From: Candidatus Margulisiibacteriota bacterium
GTDB taxonomy: Bacteria > Margulisbacteria > WOR-1 > O2-12-FULL-45-9
Direction of reading: 5' to 3'
NCBI GenBank assembly: GCA_034723395.1
Contig: JAYEOW010000029.1
Location: forward strand, 64,001 to 128,000
Length of the DNA stretch: 64,000 nucleotides
Shown here: piece by piece, positions 52,680 to 61,313 of the stretch
How positions within the stretch are numbered: position 1 is the first letter of the stretch
How the letters are laid out: each line of letters opens with the position of its first letter
The notes under the pieces: generated by a model
What the model saw: only the letters and a program-made list of their open reading frames with translations
Database searches by the model: none
Told to the model about the DNA's origin: nothing
Translations under genes and position numbers: made by a program

Positions 52680-54947
52680 TTATTTCGAAGTTGGCAATAA
52701 CTTTAATACATCTATCCCCACGATACCCCGGCCAAAGTGTTTTCCGGCAACACTATCGTATTGAATTTCGCCAAAGAGGGCCTGCCTTAGGATTGGCAGG
52801 TTATACCTCAGGGAGACTGAGTGAGACTGTTCTCCATAATGGAGGGTAGGGTTATCAGTATATGTATAGCGCAAGTCAAACCTTCCCAGCTTTTTGCTGT
52901 CCAAGCCGACGATCGCCTGGTACTGGGTCCTAAGGTCCCATCCCTGCTGGTGGAGACCGCTTGACCTAAATCCGGCAAACGGTTTGAAGTCAGGGATATT
53001 TAACCACTGTGCGGTCAAAAGGATGTTCCATCCCATAACGTTTTCCGGGGTTGTTCCGGTAAGGCCGACCCCTTCTGAATATTCAGGGACCGAGCGTTTT
53101 CCGGCAACTGTTCCGCCGGCTTCGAGCCAGATGTTTGGAACGCCTTTATTCTTGAATTTGCGGTTTAGCGAAAGCGCCAGTTGTAATCCTGTGTTTACCG
53201 CATAATCACCGCCGCCATTGTTGAATGAGAACCCATAAGTATCGTTGCTATAATTTCTCCATGAGTTCTCAAATTCGGCATATGCTTTTAAATAAGCGAA
53301 TTTGGTAGCCAGGTTGCTGCCGAAAGCGATCCCGCCGGTTAATACGTTGTCCATCCCGCTGAACAGGAGGCGGTTTGGATCTATGTAGTTGGTCCCGCGG
53401 AAGGCAAAGTGTCCGTAGGCATCGATATCAAGTTGAGAAATAGGGGAGAAGATAAAATTTGTACCAATTCCCGCCATTCCCAGTATGGTGTCTTTTGGGT
53501 TGTAGTCGAATGCCAACTGCAGGTTCGCACCGACGGTCAGCCAGCTTGGGAAACTTTTGTACTTTTTACCGGAGAGGGCGTTAACGAGAGTGTTTTCTCT
53601 GCCCATGACCGGGGTTGGATGGTGCCGATCTCCCAAAGTGATCCTTCCTGAAAGAAGTGATATCCGTTCGGTGGTCGCCCTTAAATTAGCCGGAACGTTA
53701 TCCCGCTGTGATTCTAAAGCAGAGCTTGAGAATCCACCGGTGAATTTAGCGGTTAATGCTTCACTTCCGGCGATCGGCCCGTATCTTAACGGAAAAGCGG
53801 TTGCCGGATTGGTATATGCAAAGTCTCCGATTCTTTGCGCCGTAGTTTTGTCATCCGCGACTTCGGCAATATTAAAACTTCCTTGCGCCAGAACCCTGTT
53901 TCCGTCCATGACCTTGATGGTCCTGTTCCCTGCCGTTGCGTCATTAGGCGCGCTGGCGGTAAATTTAAGTGTAGTATCATTGATCCGCCTAACGTTGCTT
54001 ACACTGACTCCGGCTGGAGAAACGAGGATCGCCGGATTTGCCGGCAGCTTGCGGCAATCAACTGTGACGGTAACTTCCTTAGTTTCACCTTTCTTGAGGG
54101 AGCTGGGGGACACGCTAAGAGTTGGTGAACATTGAGGGGGAACGATGGTCAATGCGTTCGCCTTGGTAGTAGCGAGCTTTGGATACCGCTGCACATGTGT
54201 TTTATGGGCGATACGGAGATCGCGTGCGCCAAGCTTGGCGTCTGAAGCGATCTTTATCTTAAAGGTCACGGTTTTTCCGTCAGCCTTGACATCCACCGAG
54301 TTGGGGACGATCGTAATTTTACCATCAACATCGCTTCCGTTTAGAAAACTGATCTGAAGATCTTTAACTTTAGGGATATGCTTACCTTTAACGGTTACCG
54401 TAATTTCTCCGCCCTGGGTAGCGTCTGCGGAAGTGGTGACTGTGCTGATAATTGGAATGAATATTTTCTTTAATGCACAGCGTTTAAAAACTACTCTTTT
54501 CTCGGCAGCCACGTAAGCATAGAATGCCTTTGCGTTTTGAGTTTTTAGTTTATAGACTAATCTGCTAAGTCGGGCAATCTCTCTCCTGGCAGTAATATTT
54601 GTTCTGCCGGTAAGGGCTTTGCCGGTATTTTTGTTTTTATAGGCACCATTTTTGATCATCTCAATGGCTTTAGCGAAGATCTTCTTAAGGAGGGCTCTTT
54701 TTGGCGGTCTCAGGCTGCACTGTTCGGCTACAACCACTTTTTGAGCAGCTTGGAAGGCATAAAACGCATCTGGATTTTTGGTCTTTAGCTTGTAGATCGC
54801 GCGGGTGATCTTGCTAAGTTCCCCGGTAGTTGAACTAACATCCGAACCGCCAGATGTCCGCACATCCGTAATGGCAGTGCCGAAGATCTCTTTAAGCAGA
54901 GCTCTTTTTGGGTCGCTGACTTGTACTGTTAATGATGCATCTGGCAT
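52680..54947 (-). CDS. Hypothetical protein: duplicated helical N-terminal repeat, two Ig-like domains, probable C-terminal beta-barrel
   Basis: PKRALLK.IF...YKLKT.N..AFYA occurs twice; Ig-like A..G.R.(L/I) strands; aromatic-rich amphipathic strands in the C-terminal half. Confidence 0.6.
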   Translation of the reverse strand: MPDASLTVQVSDPKRALLKEIFGTAITDVRTSGGSDVSSTTGELSKITRAIYKLKTKNPDAFYAFQAAQKVVVAEQCSLRPPKRALLKKIFAKAIEMIKNGAYKNKNTGKALTGRTNITARREIARLSRLVYKLKTQNAKAFYAYVAAEKRVVFKRCALKKIFIPIISTVTTSADATQGGEITVTVKGKHIPKVKDLQISFLNGSDVDGKITIVPNSVDVKADGKTVTFKIKIASDAKLGARDLRIAHKTHVQRYPKLATTKANALTIVPPQCSPTLSVSPSSLKKGETKEVTVTVDCRKLPANPAILVSPAGVSVSNVRRINDTTLKFTASAPNDATAGNRTIKVMDGNRVLAQGSFNIAEVADDKTTAQRIGDFAYTNPATAFPLRYGPIAGSEALTAKFTGGFSSSALESQRDNVPANLRATTERISLLSGRITLGDRHHPTPVMGRENTLVNALSGKKYKSFPSWLTVGANLQLAFDYNPKDTILGMAGIGTNFIFSPISQLDIDAYGHFAFRGTNYIDPNRLLFSGMDNVLTGGIAFGSNLATKFAYLKAYAEFENSWRNYSNDTYGFSFNNGGGDYAVNTGLQLALSLNRKFKNKGVPNIWLEAGGTVAGKRSVPEYSEGVGLTGTTPENVMGWNILLTAQWLNIPDFKPFAGFRSSGLHQQGWDLRTQYQAIVGLDSKKLGRFDLRYTYTDNPTLHYGEQSHSVSLRYNLPILRQALFGEIQYDSVAGKHFGRGIVGIDVLKLLPTSK

Positions 54948-54968
54948 AATTTTATCGCCTTCCTTTTA

Positions 54969-55607
54969 TTATTGGTCTATGACGAAAGTCCTCCCGGTCA
55001 TTCCGGTCATCCCAGAGCGAATAACTCTTGTTCGCTTCTTAACGACCCTAAAATAATTTTTTACAGTTACCGTTTTTCCCTTAATTGTTACTGCTAAATC
55101 TCTTGATCCAGGAGTAGCGCTGGCTGAAATCGAGATATCTCCTCTGATTACTCCATTAGTAATAGTTAGATTGCTAACGGTGATCCCCGATCCCAGCGAA
55201 ATGGAGAGGTCGCCGGTTTGAGCTAAGGCCGTTGGAGAAGAGAGCTTACAATTTGCTTTCTGCTCGATCTCTTGTACTGAAATGCCAAGGATTTTACCTG
55301 CAAATGACTGGCCTTGAGTAGCGCCTTTTAGAACTTCAATGCGAGTGCCATTGCGTGTGATCCTTTTAATGATAGGAGCAACGCTTACTGATATGGCATG
55401 AAGAGTTGTTGGCTTACAGCTAGCTGCAGTCGCCATGGTCGGAGTCATCGGCGAAGGCCGTGTCCCTTGCGCCTTTTTGATCAACGCATTGCAATCCTTT
55501 TTTGAAATGCTGTCCGCTACAGGCTTTGGGGCCTTTTTTGCTCCGCAAGCCGCCAGGAAACCCACTCCTATTAAAGATGCTAATCTAACCATTCTTCCTA
55601 ATCTCAT
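54969..55607 (-). CDS. Putative lipoprotein with an Ig-like domain
   Basis: LAAC lipobox; ISISASATPGSRDLAVTI Ig-like segment; GGAGG RBS. Confidence 0.65.
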   Translation of the reverse strand: MRLGRMVRLASLIGVGFLAACGAKKAPKPVADSISKKDCNALIKKAQGTRPSPMTPTMATAASCKPTTLHAISVSVAPIIKRITRNGTRIEVLKGATQGQSFAGKILGISVQEIEQKANCKLSSPTALAQTGDLSISLGSGITVSNLTITNGVIRGDISISASATPGSRDLAVTIKGKTVTVKNYFRVVKKRTRVIRSGMTGMTGRTFVIDQ

Positions 55608-55636
55608 TTTTTCCCTCCTAATTATTTCCTATATTA

Positions 55637-55664
55637 TTATCGGCACTTTAAGTGATAAATTTCA
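55637..55664 (-). promoter_or_regulatory. Sigma-28-like promoter
   Basis: TGAAA-tttatcacttaaagt-GCCGATAA. Confidence 0.75.
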
Positions 55665-55676
55665 CTTTTTTACAAA

Positions 55677-56609
55677 TTATTGCGGGATCTCAAAAATCGG
55701 CTTTTTCCTCGGCGGCTTTCTCTTCATGGGAGGCTTCCGCTTCATCGGCGGTTTTTTCTTCATGGGAGGTTTCCGCTTCATTGGTGATCTCCGCGGAGTT
55801 TCTCTCATCGGAGCCTTCATTGCTGGTCTTGGCGCAGGTGCTGTCCTGGTAGTAGGCTTGCCGCATTTATCTATGGTTTTTTCTATCTCATTAGCAACTT
55901 TAAGCAGAAATTCTGGCGTAAGCCCTTTTAAAACGACCTTTGAGGAGTTTAATCCAAGGTATTTAACCCGAAAATCGCCAACACCTTTAACGACCCGGTT
56001 GCAAGCTTTCTTTTGGGATTCGGTTAAGATGCCGGATAAACCGGAAACCACGTCAAACAGAGGGTTGTGGACAGCTTTCTCCCCGATCGTAATAGTTTCA
56101 GATGAAAGCATTGTGATCATTGCTTCGCGTTGAGCAGGGGAGAGGGAAGCTATTTTGTTCTGCAGAGCCTTATGGGCAGAGCCGATTAAAAACTCTCGCT
56201 TGTTTTGGGATGGATCAGCATAGATAGTATTAACTAATCTTTTCGCAAAAGACCTGGCTAAAACAGGCTTTCTTTGGTTGTCTTTGTTGGTATTCAATCC
56301 CAGTCGATTATCAATCAGCAGATTCTTGGGGTTACATATCTCATTGCTAACTTTAGGGCTTGCGTCGGAGATTATCGCTGTCAGGTCCGCAAAGGAGATC
56401 TCAACAAACTTGCCTGCTTTGTTTTTGCTTCCCGCAACCTCAACTTGTTTAGGCCCGCAAGAAGAAAGGATTCCAAGGCCCGATAAAGCCAGGGCAGCCG
56501 TTGCGCCCGCTGCGGCGCTCTGTTTTAAAAATCCACGTCTTTGTTCTAAGGTGACCGTTTGTCTTTGCTGGGGACGGAAAAACGATCTTATTCTGGTTAG
56601 TAATTTCAT
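55677..56609 (-). CDS. Putative Tat-exported lipoprotein with a polycationic PPMKRK repeat tail
   Basis: QRRGFLK twin-arginine motif, hydrophobic stretch, LSSC lipobox; C-terminal PMKRKP repeats. Confidence 0.7.
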   Translation of the reverse strand: MKLLTRIRSFFRPQQRQTVTLEQRRGFLKQSAAAGATAALALSGLGILSSCGPKQVEVAGSKNKAGKFVEISFADLTAIISDASPKVSNEICNPKNLLIDNRLGLNTNKDNQRKPVLARSFAKRLVNTIYADPSQNKREFLIGSAHKALQNKIASLSPAQREAMITMLSSETITIGEKAVHNPLFDVVSGLSGILTESQKKACNRVVKGVGDFRVKYLGLNSSKVVLKGLTPEFLLKVANEIEKTIDKCGKPTTRTAPAPRPAMKAPMRETPRRSPMKRKPPMKKKPPMKRKPPMKRKPPRKKPIFEIPQ

Positions 56610-56640
56610 CTCATAATCCTCCCTATTTTCTCCTATATAT

Positions 56641-56668
56641 ATATCGGCACTTTTTTAGGTAAATTTCA
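56641..56668 (-). promoter_or_regulatory. Sigma-28-like promoter
   Basis: TGAAA-tttacctaaaaaagt-GCCGATAT. Confidence 0.75.
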
Positions 56669-56717
56669 CTATTTTTAAAGATTTGTCCGGGCCGTTTTGG
56701 CCCTTTCAGCTATCTTA

Positions 56718-56745
56718 TTATCGGGAGGATTTGGGAGAAATTTCA
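56718..56745 (-). promoter_or_regulatory. Second, tandem sigma-28-like promoter
   Basis: TGAAA-tttctcccaaatcct-CCCGATAA. Confidence 0.65.
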
Positions 56746-56755
56746 GGTTATTTTT

Positions 56756-56887
56756 CCTCACTCCGGAACTCTCACCCAAACAATTCCCTACTGTACAAAC
56801 TTCTTAAACGGCCCTCTCCCTATGGGAGAGGGAGCGATAGAAAAGCTGTTGGTTAATGAGCGCTTGGGTGAGAGTTCCGGGGTGAGG
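56756..56887 (-). repeat. Palindromic element, inverted copy of 52498-52599 with extra outer arms
   Basis: cctcactccggaactctcacccaa / ttgggtgagagttccggggtgagg arms; inner ccctctccc-tat-gggagaggg. Confidence 0.85.
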
Positions 56888-56889
56888 AC

Positions 56890-56924
56890 AAAAAAATAGG
56901 GCTAACCAATTAAGGTTAGCCCTA
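56890..56924 (-). terminator. Intrinsic terminator
   Basis: tagggctaacc/ggttagcccta stem plus a U7 run on the minus strand. Confidence 0.75.
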
Positions 56925-56946
56925 AGTTAAGTCTAACTAAACTAGA

Positions 56947-58890
56947 TTACAGTGAAGCGACCGGCAATGAACCTCGCAGCTGCGGCCGGGTTGGGATGTT
57001 TTCCCTGCGGAATCCCTTTTCCCAGGTATAAAGATCTTTGATCTTTCCGCCAGCCAGCGCGGTGGTTGAGAGCATCTCTACCGATTCGGACCTGGGCAGA
57101 TTGGTCTTCGGATGGAGATAGTTTCTCTTTACGAACTTTAACATTCCGGCTCCCTTAGCCGCCTGGATATATTTGGACGCCCAGTAGTTGGCCGGCACGT
57201 CCCAGTAAGGTTTTTCAAATACTTCAGAAGCGACTTTTAAGTTGTCAAAGCGGACCAGGACCGCGATCCCTTCAGCCTTGTTGATCTTGTTGTTCGGCCT
57301 AAAGGTCTTGTCCGGATAACCTTTTACCAACCCTTCGCGTTTGGCAACTTCGATATATTTAGCTGCCCAGAAGGTAGGTTTAACATCCTTGAAGACTTTT
57401 CTGGCAGAGCGATTAGGGAGCTTGAGCCCTTTGGCACGGACCAGCAGGGTAGCTAATTCGGCGCGGGTAAGCGCTCTTTCCGGTTTGAATGTACCGTCAG
57501 GGTATCCTTCGACCAGCCCGACTGTTCCGGTATTTTCGATTGGAGCCTGCGCCCAGTAGCCTTCCGGAACGTCGTCAAAGTTGACCAGCCTTACCATCCG
57601 GAAATCCTTAGCGGTATAATCCCCCGCGGTATCGGTAGCTTCGAAAACAACTAATTTCTTTCCGACCTTGTCTACCGGGATATCAGCGGAAAACTTAAGA
57701 TCTTTGCCAAGCGGAATGCTCACGCCGTTGGCTTTAATCGCGATCCTGCCCGGGGCAGCCTGGGTCTCATCTCCGGCGATAACTTCGACATACCCTGAAA
57801 CCTCGACGTGATCATCATAAATGACCGATTTGTCTTTCGGGCTGTCGATATGCACCCGTAATTCACGCTTTCTCGCTTCTCCCATATAGCTGATCGAGAA
57901 GAAAGAGGTGGCGTTATCAGGTATCCCCGAATAAGGGTGATAAGCGTAGTTAAATTCGATCCCGGCCAACCTGACACCTATGCCGGCGGTGATATCCTGT
58001 CCGTCAACCCCGGTGCGGAAAGCGAGATTGCTTACCGGCCAGAACTCCAGCCCGTAATGCATCCTGTCATTATCGTTGATGTTTGCTCCGGTATCGTAGT
58101 CGAGGTTCAGATAAAGCCTTCGGGTGTTGTGGGTGGTGTAAGATTCTCCTTCTCTGCCTAAGACATTGAATTTAGCGCCCAGCTTCAGGTTTGACGGAAT
58201 ATCTTCGTTTCTCCCGGTTGAACGGGTCAGCTTACTGGCTAAAACGTTTTGATAGTTAAGTCCCAGGGTCAGGTAATCGGTTGCTGGATAAAGCAGTCCG
58301 AGGTCCGCGCTGTAGCCGGTACCGGCGGCGTCGCCTAGGCTCGCAACGTCGTTTGATCCCGATCCGCCAACGCTATGGTACTTAAAGCTTCCACCGATAA
58401 GGACGTCCTTATCGACGTTCCTTAAGGCCGGGAAAGTATTGAGGTAGGTAGCTCCGGAGATAAAAAGGACCGTACTGCTCCAGGCTCCGTCTCCAGCCAG
58501 GGTCCCGTCTGAATCGGTCAACGAGATCCCGCCGGTATAAGAATTGATAATCCCGGCTCCGATCGCGCTCTTGTCGCCGTAAGGATAAACTCCGCCGACG
58601 ACCGCGTAATTTACATCATTTAAGAGTGAGCAGTACATGCTGGATAGCTTTGGGTTTACCGCCCGGGCGATGCCAGCCGGATTCATGAAGAGAGCGTCAC
58701 TCCCCTCGGCGACACCGACATAGGACCTGCCCATGCCGATACTGCGGGCGCCGACGCCGATCGACATCGGGTCCGACACCATTCCGCCCTGGGCCAGCGC
58801 CCCGGGAATGACAAATGTCAAATAACAAATGACAAATAAAATTCCAATAATAAATTTTGGATTTTGGATTTTGGATTTTGGTTTTTTCAT
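56947..58890 (-). CDS. PorV/PorQ-like beta-barrel fused to an Ig-like domain and three SLH domains
   Basis: GVGARSIGMG...DALFMNPAG; FNYAY; FDDVPEGYWA...GYPDGTFKPERALTRAE and FKDV...GYPDKTFRPNNKINKAE SLH motifs. Confidence 0.82.
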   Translation of the reverse strand: MKKPKSKIQNPKFIIGILFVICYLTFVIPGALAQGGMVSDPMSIGVGARSIGMGRSYVGVAEGSDALFMNPAGIARAVNPKLSSMYCSLLNDVNYAVVGGVYPYGDKSAIGAGIINSYTGGISLTDSDGTLAGDGAWSSTVLFISGATYLNTFPALRNVDKDVLIGGSFKYHSVGGSGSNDVASLGDAAGTGYSADLGLLYPATDYLTLGLNYQNVLASKLTRSTGRNEDIPSNLKLGAKFNVLGREGESYTTHNTRRLYLNLDYDTGANINDNDRMHYGLEFWPVSNLAFRTGVDGQDITAGIGVRLAGIEFNYAYHPYSGIPDNATSFFSISYMGEARKRELRVHIDSPKDKSVIYDDHVEVSGYVEVIAGDETQAAPGRIAIKANGVSIPLGKDLKFSADIPVDKVGKKLVVFEATDTAGDYTAKDFRMVRLVNFDDVPEGYWAQAPIENTGTVGLVEGYPDGTFKPERALTRAELATLLVRAKGLKLPNRSARKVFKDVKPTFWAAKYIEVAKREGLVKGYPDKTFRPNNKINKAEGIAVLVRFDNLKVASEVFEKPYWDVPANYWASKYIQAAKGAGMLKFVKRNYLHPKTNLPRSESVEMLSTTALAGGKIKDLYTWEKGFRRENIPTRPQLRGSLPVASL

Positions 58891-58906
58891 AATGGTTTTC
58901 ACTCCT

Positions 58907-61297
58907 TTACTGTTTGATCACGAGGATCTTACCTTTGGATATTAAGCTCTTGTTTTCCTCGTTAACGACTCTTAAGATATAGAGGCCATCGGCCACATGG
59001 TTACCGTTCATATCCTTTCCGTCCCAGGTTGTACTTACCTGATCGGAAGTTGTCTGGTGGTAGGCCAGGCGGGCGGTCGCATCGTAGATATAGATACCGA
59101 TGACGGTTGCGTTAGTGTTGTAACCGATAGTCGCGGTATTATGGGTCGGATCTGCAGATCGCGGATTGAACGGGTTTGGATAGATGGTTGCGTTCCCGGT
59201 CGAAGACGAACCTGAGGTCACCTTAAAGGCGGCCGGGTTCGATTCGTAAGCCTGGATAGTTCCCTGCGCGATCGCTAATCTGATTACTTTCAGCGTATAG
59301 TCGCCAGCCGGCGCCAGTCTTGGGACGATCGCTTCGATCGAAGTATCGCTCCACGAAAGGACGTCGCACTGGTAACTGGTATGGGTAGTATTGTTTTCGA
59401 AGACCAGGACACTCTGGCCTTGAGAATTGCCGAATCCGGAACCGATACCGGTGAACTTGGTCCCTGCCGGTCCGGCATTCGGTTCGATCTGGGTAATGAC
59501 CACTTCACTTTCGCCGGTCGGAACAACCGGTCCATCAGGGAAGTTTACAGTTCCCGCGTAGAAACTGTCGATATTCTGGTAGTTTGCGTTGGTCCCCTGC
59601 GACGGGTAGGAGAAACCGTAAGATACGATTTGGCTCCAATCGAGGGTTCCCTGGACGTTTGCAGGATCGTCGGCATCCCAAACGAGGGATGATCCGGCAA
59701 CCTGGATGGCGTGATAGCCAGCCTGGTTTAATGACATGTTAGAGACGCTCGCGGCGTAAACCACGTCGTTGGCATCTTTTAAGCTGAGCTTAATGACGTT
59801 AGACGATCCGTCCCAGTTTACATAGAAGGTAAGGGTGTCGCTCGCGTAAGCGCTCAGGTCCAATCTATTTGATACCGAAGCTCCCCATCCGCCTCCCCAA
59901 TCACTGGTGTAAGAGTAGAGGATATTCATCCCTCTTGACCCGTGAGAGGCTGCGGAGGCCTGCGGCCCGTCCGCGTTAATCGTGCTGTTATCCGGAGTTA
60001 TTCCGGTCCCGTAGGTGTAGTATCCAGAGTCAGCCATCCCCTGGGCATAGCTGCCTACTGAACCGCCTTCGAAGTCATCGATGATAACTCCTCCGGCTGT
60101 AATAGTAATTGCTCCGTCGTCTGCCCCGATAACAACATTTCCAGAGGTTGCTCCGGATGGGACAGCGCAGGTGACAGAATTGTCGCTCCACGCGGTCGGG
60201 TTGGCAGTCGCGCCGCCGACGGTGATCGTTCCCGGATTTGCGCCAAAGCCTGATCCGGTGACGACGATAGTCTGGCCGACATAGGCATTGCTTGGTGTTA
60301 CGGTAATTCCGCCGCCGCCGTTTTGGTTAACGGTAAAGGTTGCCGAACCTTGGGCGCCAGAAACTGTTATGGTTCTAGCGGTTAATGGAGCGGTTGCGTC
60401 GATAACAAAGTCGGCAGTTAGAGACGTTCCCGATCCACCCACGTTGCTAACAGTTATTCCGGTATCAGGGGCAACCGTTATAGTTTCGCCTCCGGTCCAA
60501 GTGGTGTTTGATCCGCTGATAGTTACAGGGACAGTAGCTCCCTGGTTTCCGCTGGTCGGGCTGATGCCGGTAACGGTAGGTTGAGCAGCAGTACCAATAT
60601 TTATTGATAATGCTTGAGTATCGGTTTGTGCTCCAGAATCTGAACACTGAACAGTAAAGTTTGATGTTCCAGTTCCGGTCGGTGTTCCAGAGATCAATCC
60701 GCTAGAAGCATTTAAGCTTAATCCGGCCGGCAGAGATCCAGCAGAAATTGACCATGTATAAGGAGCTGTTCCGCCAGTTGCTGAAACGGAACGACTATAG
60801 GATACTCCCTGAGTTCCGCCAGCTAAGCTGGTGGTAGTAATGTTAAGCGTAGTAACTCCGTATTGAGTAGTGGTTGAGAAAGCTGGGGGATTGTATCCAC
60901 TCGGCAGCATGATAAATCCTGTGCCGACATTTTCTGGCGTACTTGTGCCATAATAGGCCCCGACGGGTGGAGTTCCGGTGCCATCCCAGTTTTCCCAGAC
61001 GCGAATATAAACATAATTACCAGCGGTTATGTTTCTTATGCCCGAAAAACCGCCGCTAATTGTAACTCCGACTGGTGGTTCAATAACAGTATCTCCTTGT
61101 GGAAGTCCGTTTGCGTCTGGTGCTCCAGCGTTTGCGTCAGCAGAGTCAATAACTTGTACATATGCCCCGGGTGCAATTGGCGTTCCAGAGTGGTTTGTTA
61201 CATCGGTGGCAGTTACTGTAACAGAAGTCGCAAATGCCGCGCTTGCACAAAGGACCAACCCGACTGCAATCAATATTTTTGAGAATCTTTTTAACAT
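58907..61297 (-). CDS. Secreted Ig/IPT-TIG repeat protein with a CBM11-like module and a T9SS/FlgD-like C-terminal domain
   Basis: Signal peptide; GGTAPYTWSISAGSLPAGLSL Ig repeat; GSGFG...W(S)D IPT; IIDDFEG; IYPNPFNP...WDGKD.NG..VADGLY...KILVIKQ. Confidence 0.78.
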   Translation of the reverse strand: MLKRFSKILIAVGLVLCASAAFATSVTVTATDVTNHSGTPIAPGAYVQVIDSADANAGAPDANGLPQGDTVIEPPVGVTISGGFSGIRNITAGNYVYIRVWENWDGTGTPPVGAYYGTSTPENVGTGFIMLPSGYNPPAFSTTTQYGVTTLNITTTSLAGGTQGVSYSRSVSATGGTAPYTWSISAGSLPAGLSLNASSGLISGTPTGTGTSNFTVQCSDSGAQTDTQALSINIGTAAQPTVTGISPTSGNQGATVPVTISGSNTTWTGGETITVAPDTGITVSNVGGSGTSLTADFVIDATAPLTARTITVSGAQGSATFTVNQNGGGGITVTPSNAYVGQTIVVTGSGFGANPGTITVGGATANPTAWSDNSVTCAVPSGATSGNVVIGADDGAITITAGGVIIDDFEGGSVGSYAQGMADSGYYTYGTGITPDNSTINADGPQASAASHGSRGMNILYSYTSDWGGGWGASVSNRLDLSAYASDTLTFYVNWDGSSNVIKLSLKDANDVVYAASVSNMSLNQAGYHAIQVAGSSLVWDADDPANVQGTLDWSQIVSYGFSYPSQGTNANYQNIDSFYAGTVNFPDGPVVPTGESEVVITQIEPNAGPAGTKFTGIGSGFGNSQGQSVLVFENNTTHTSYQCDVLSWSDTSIEAIVPRLAPAGDYTLKVIRLAIAQGTIQAYESNPAAFKVTSGSSSTGNATIYPNPFNPRSADPTHNTATIGYNTNATVIGIYIYDATARLAYHQTTSDQVSTTWDGKDMNGNHVADGLYILRVVNEENKSLISKGKILVIKQ

Positions 61298-61313
61298 TTC
61301 TATTTCCTCCCTT

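Noticed and set aside
54950..54985. GGCGATAA upstream of the 755-aa gene as another sigma-28-like site
   Set aside because: No TGAAA 15 nt upstream; the sequence overlaps the RBS, and the gene is likely co-transcribed.
55435..56133. 232-aa + strand ORF with GGF repeats
   Set aside because: Antisense shadow of the PPMKRK repeat gene.
45600..56887. Palindromic repeats considered as a CRISPR array or IS ends
   Set aside because: No regular repeat-spacer periodicity, no cas genes and no DDE/HUH transposase in the window.
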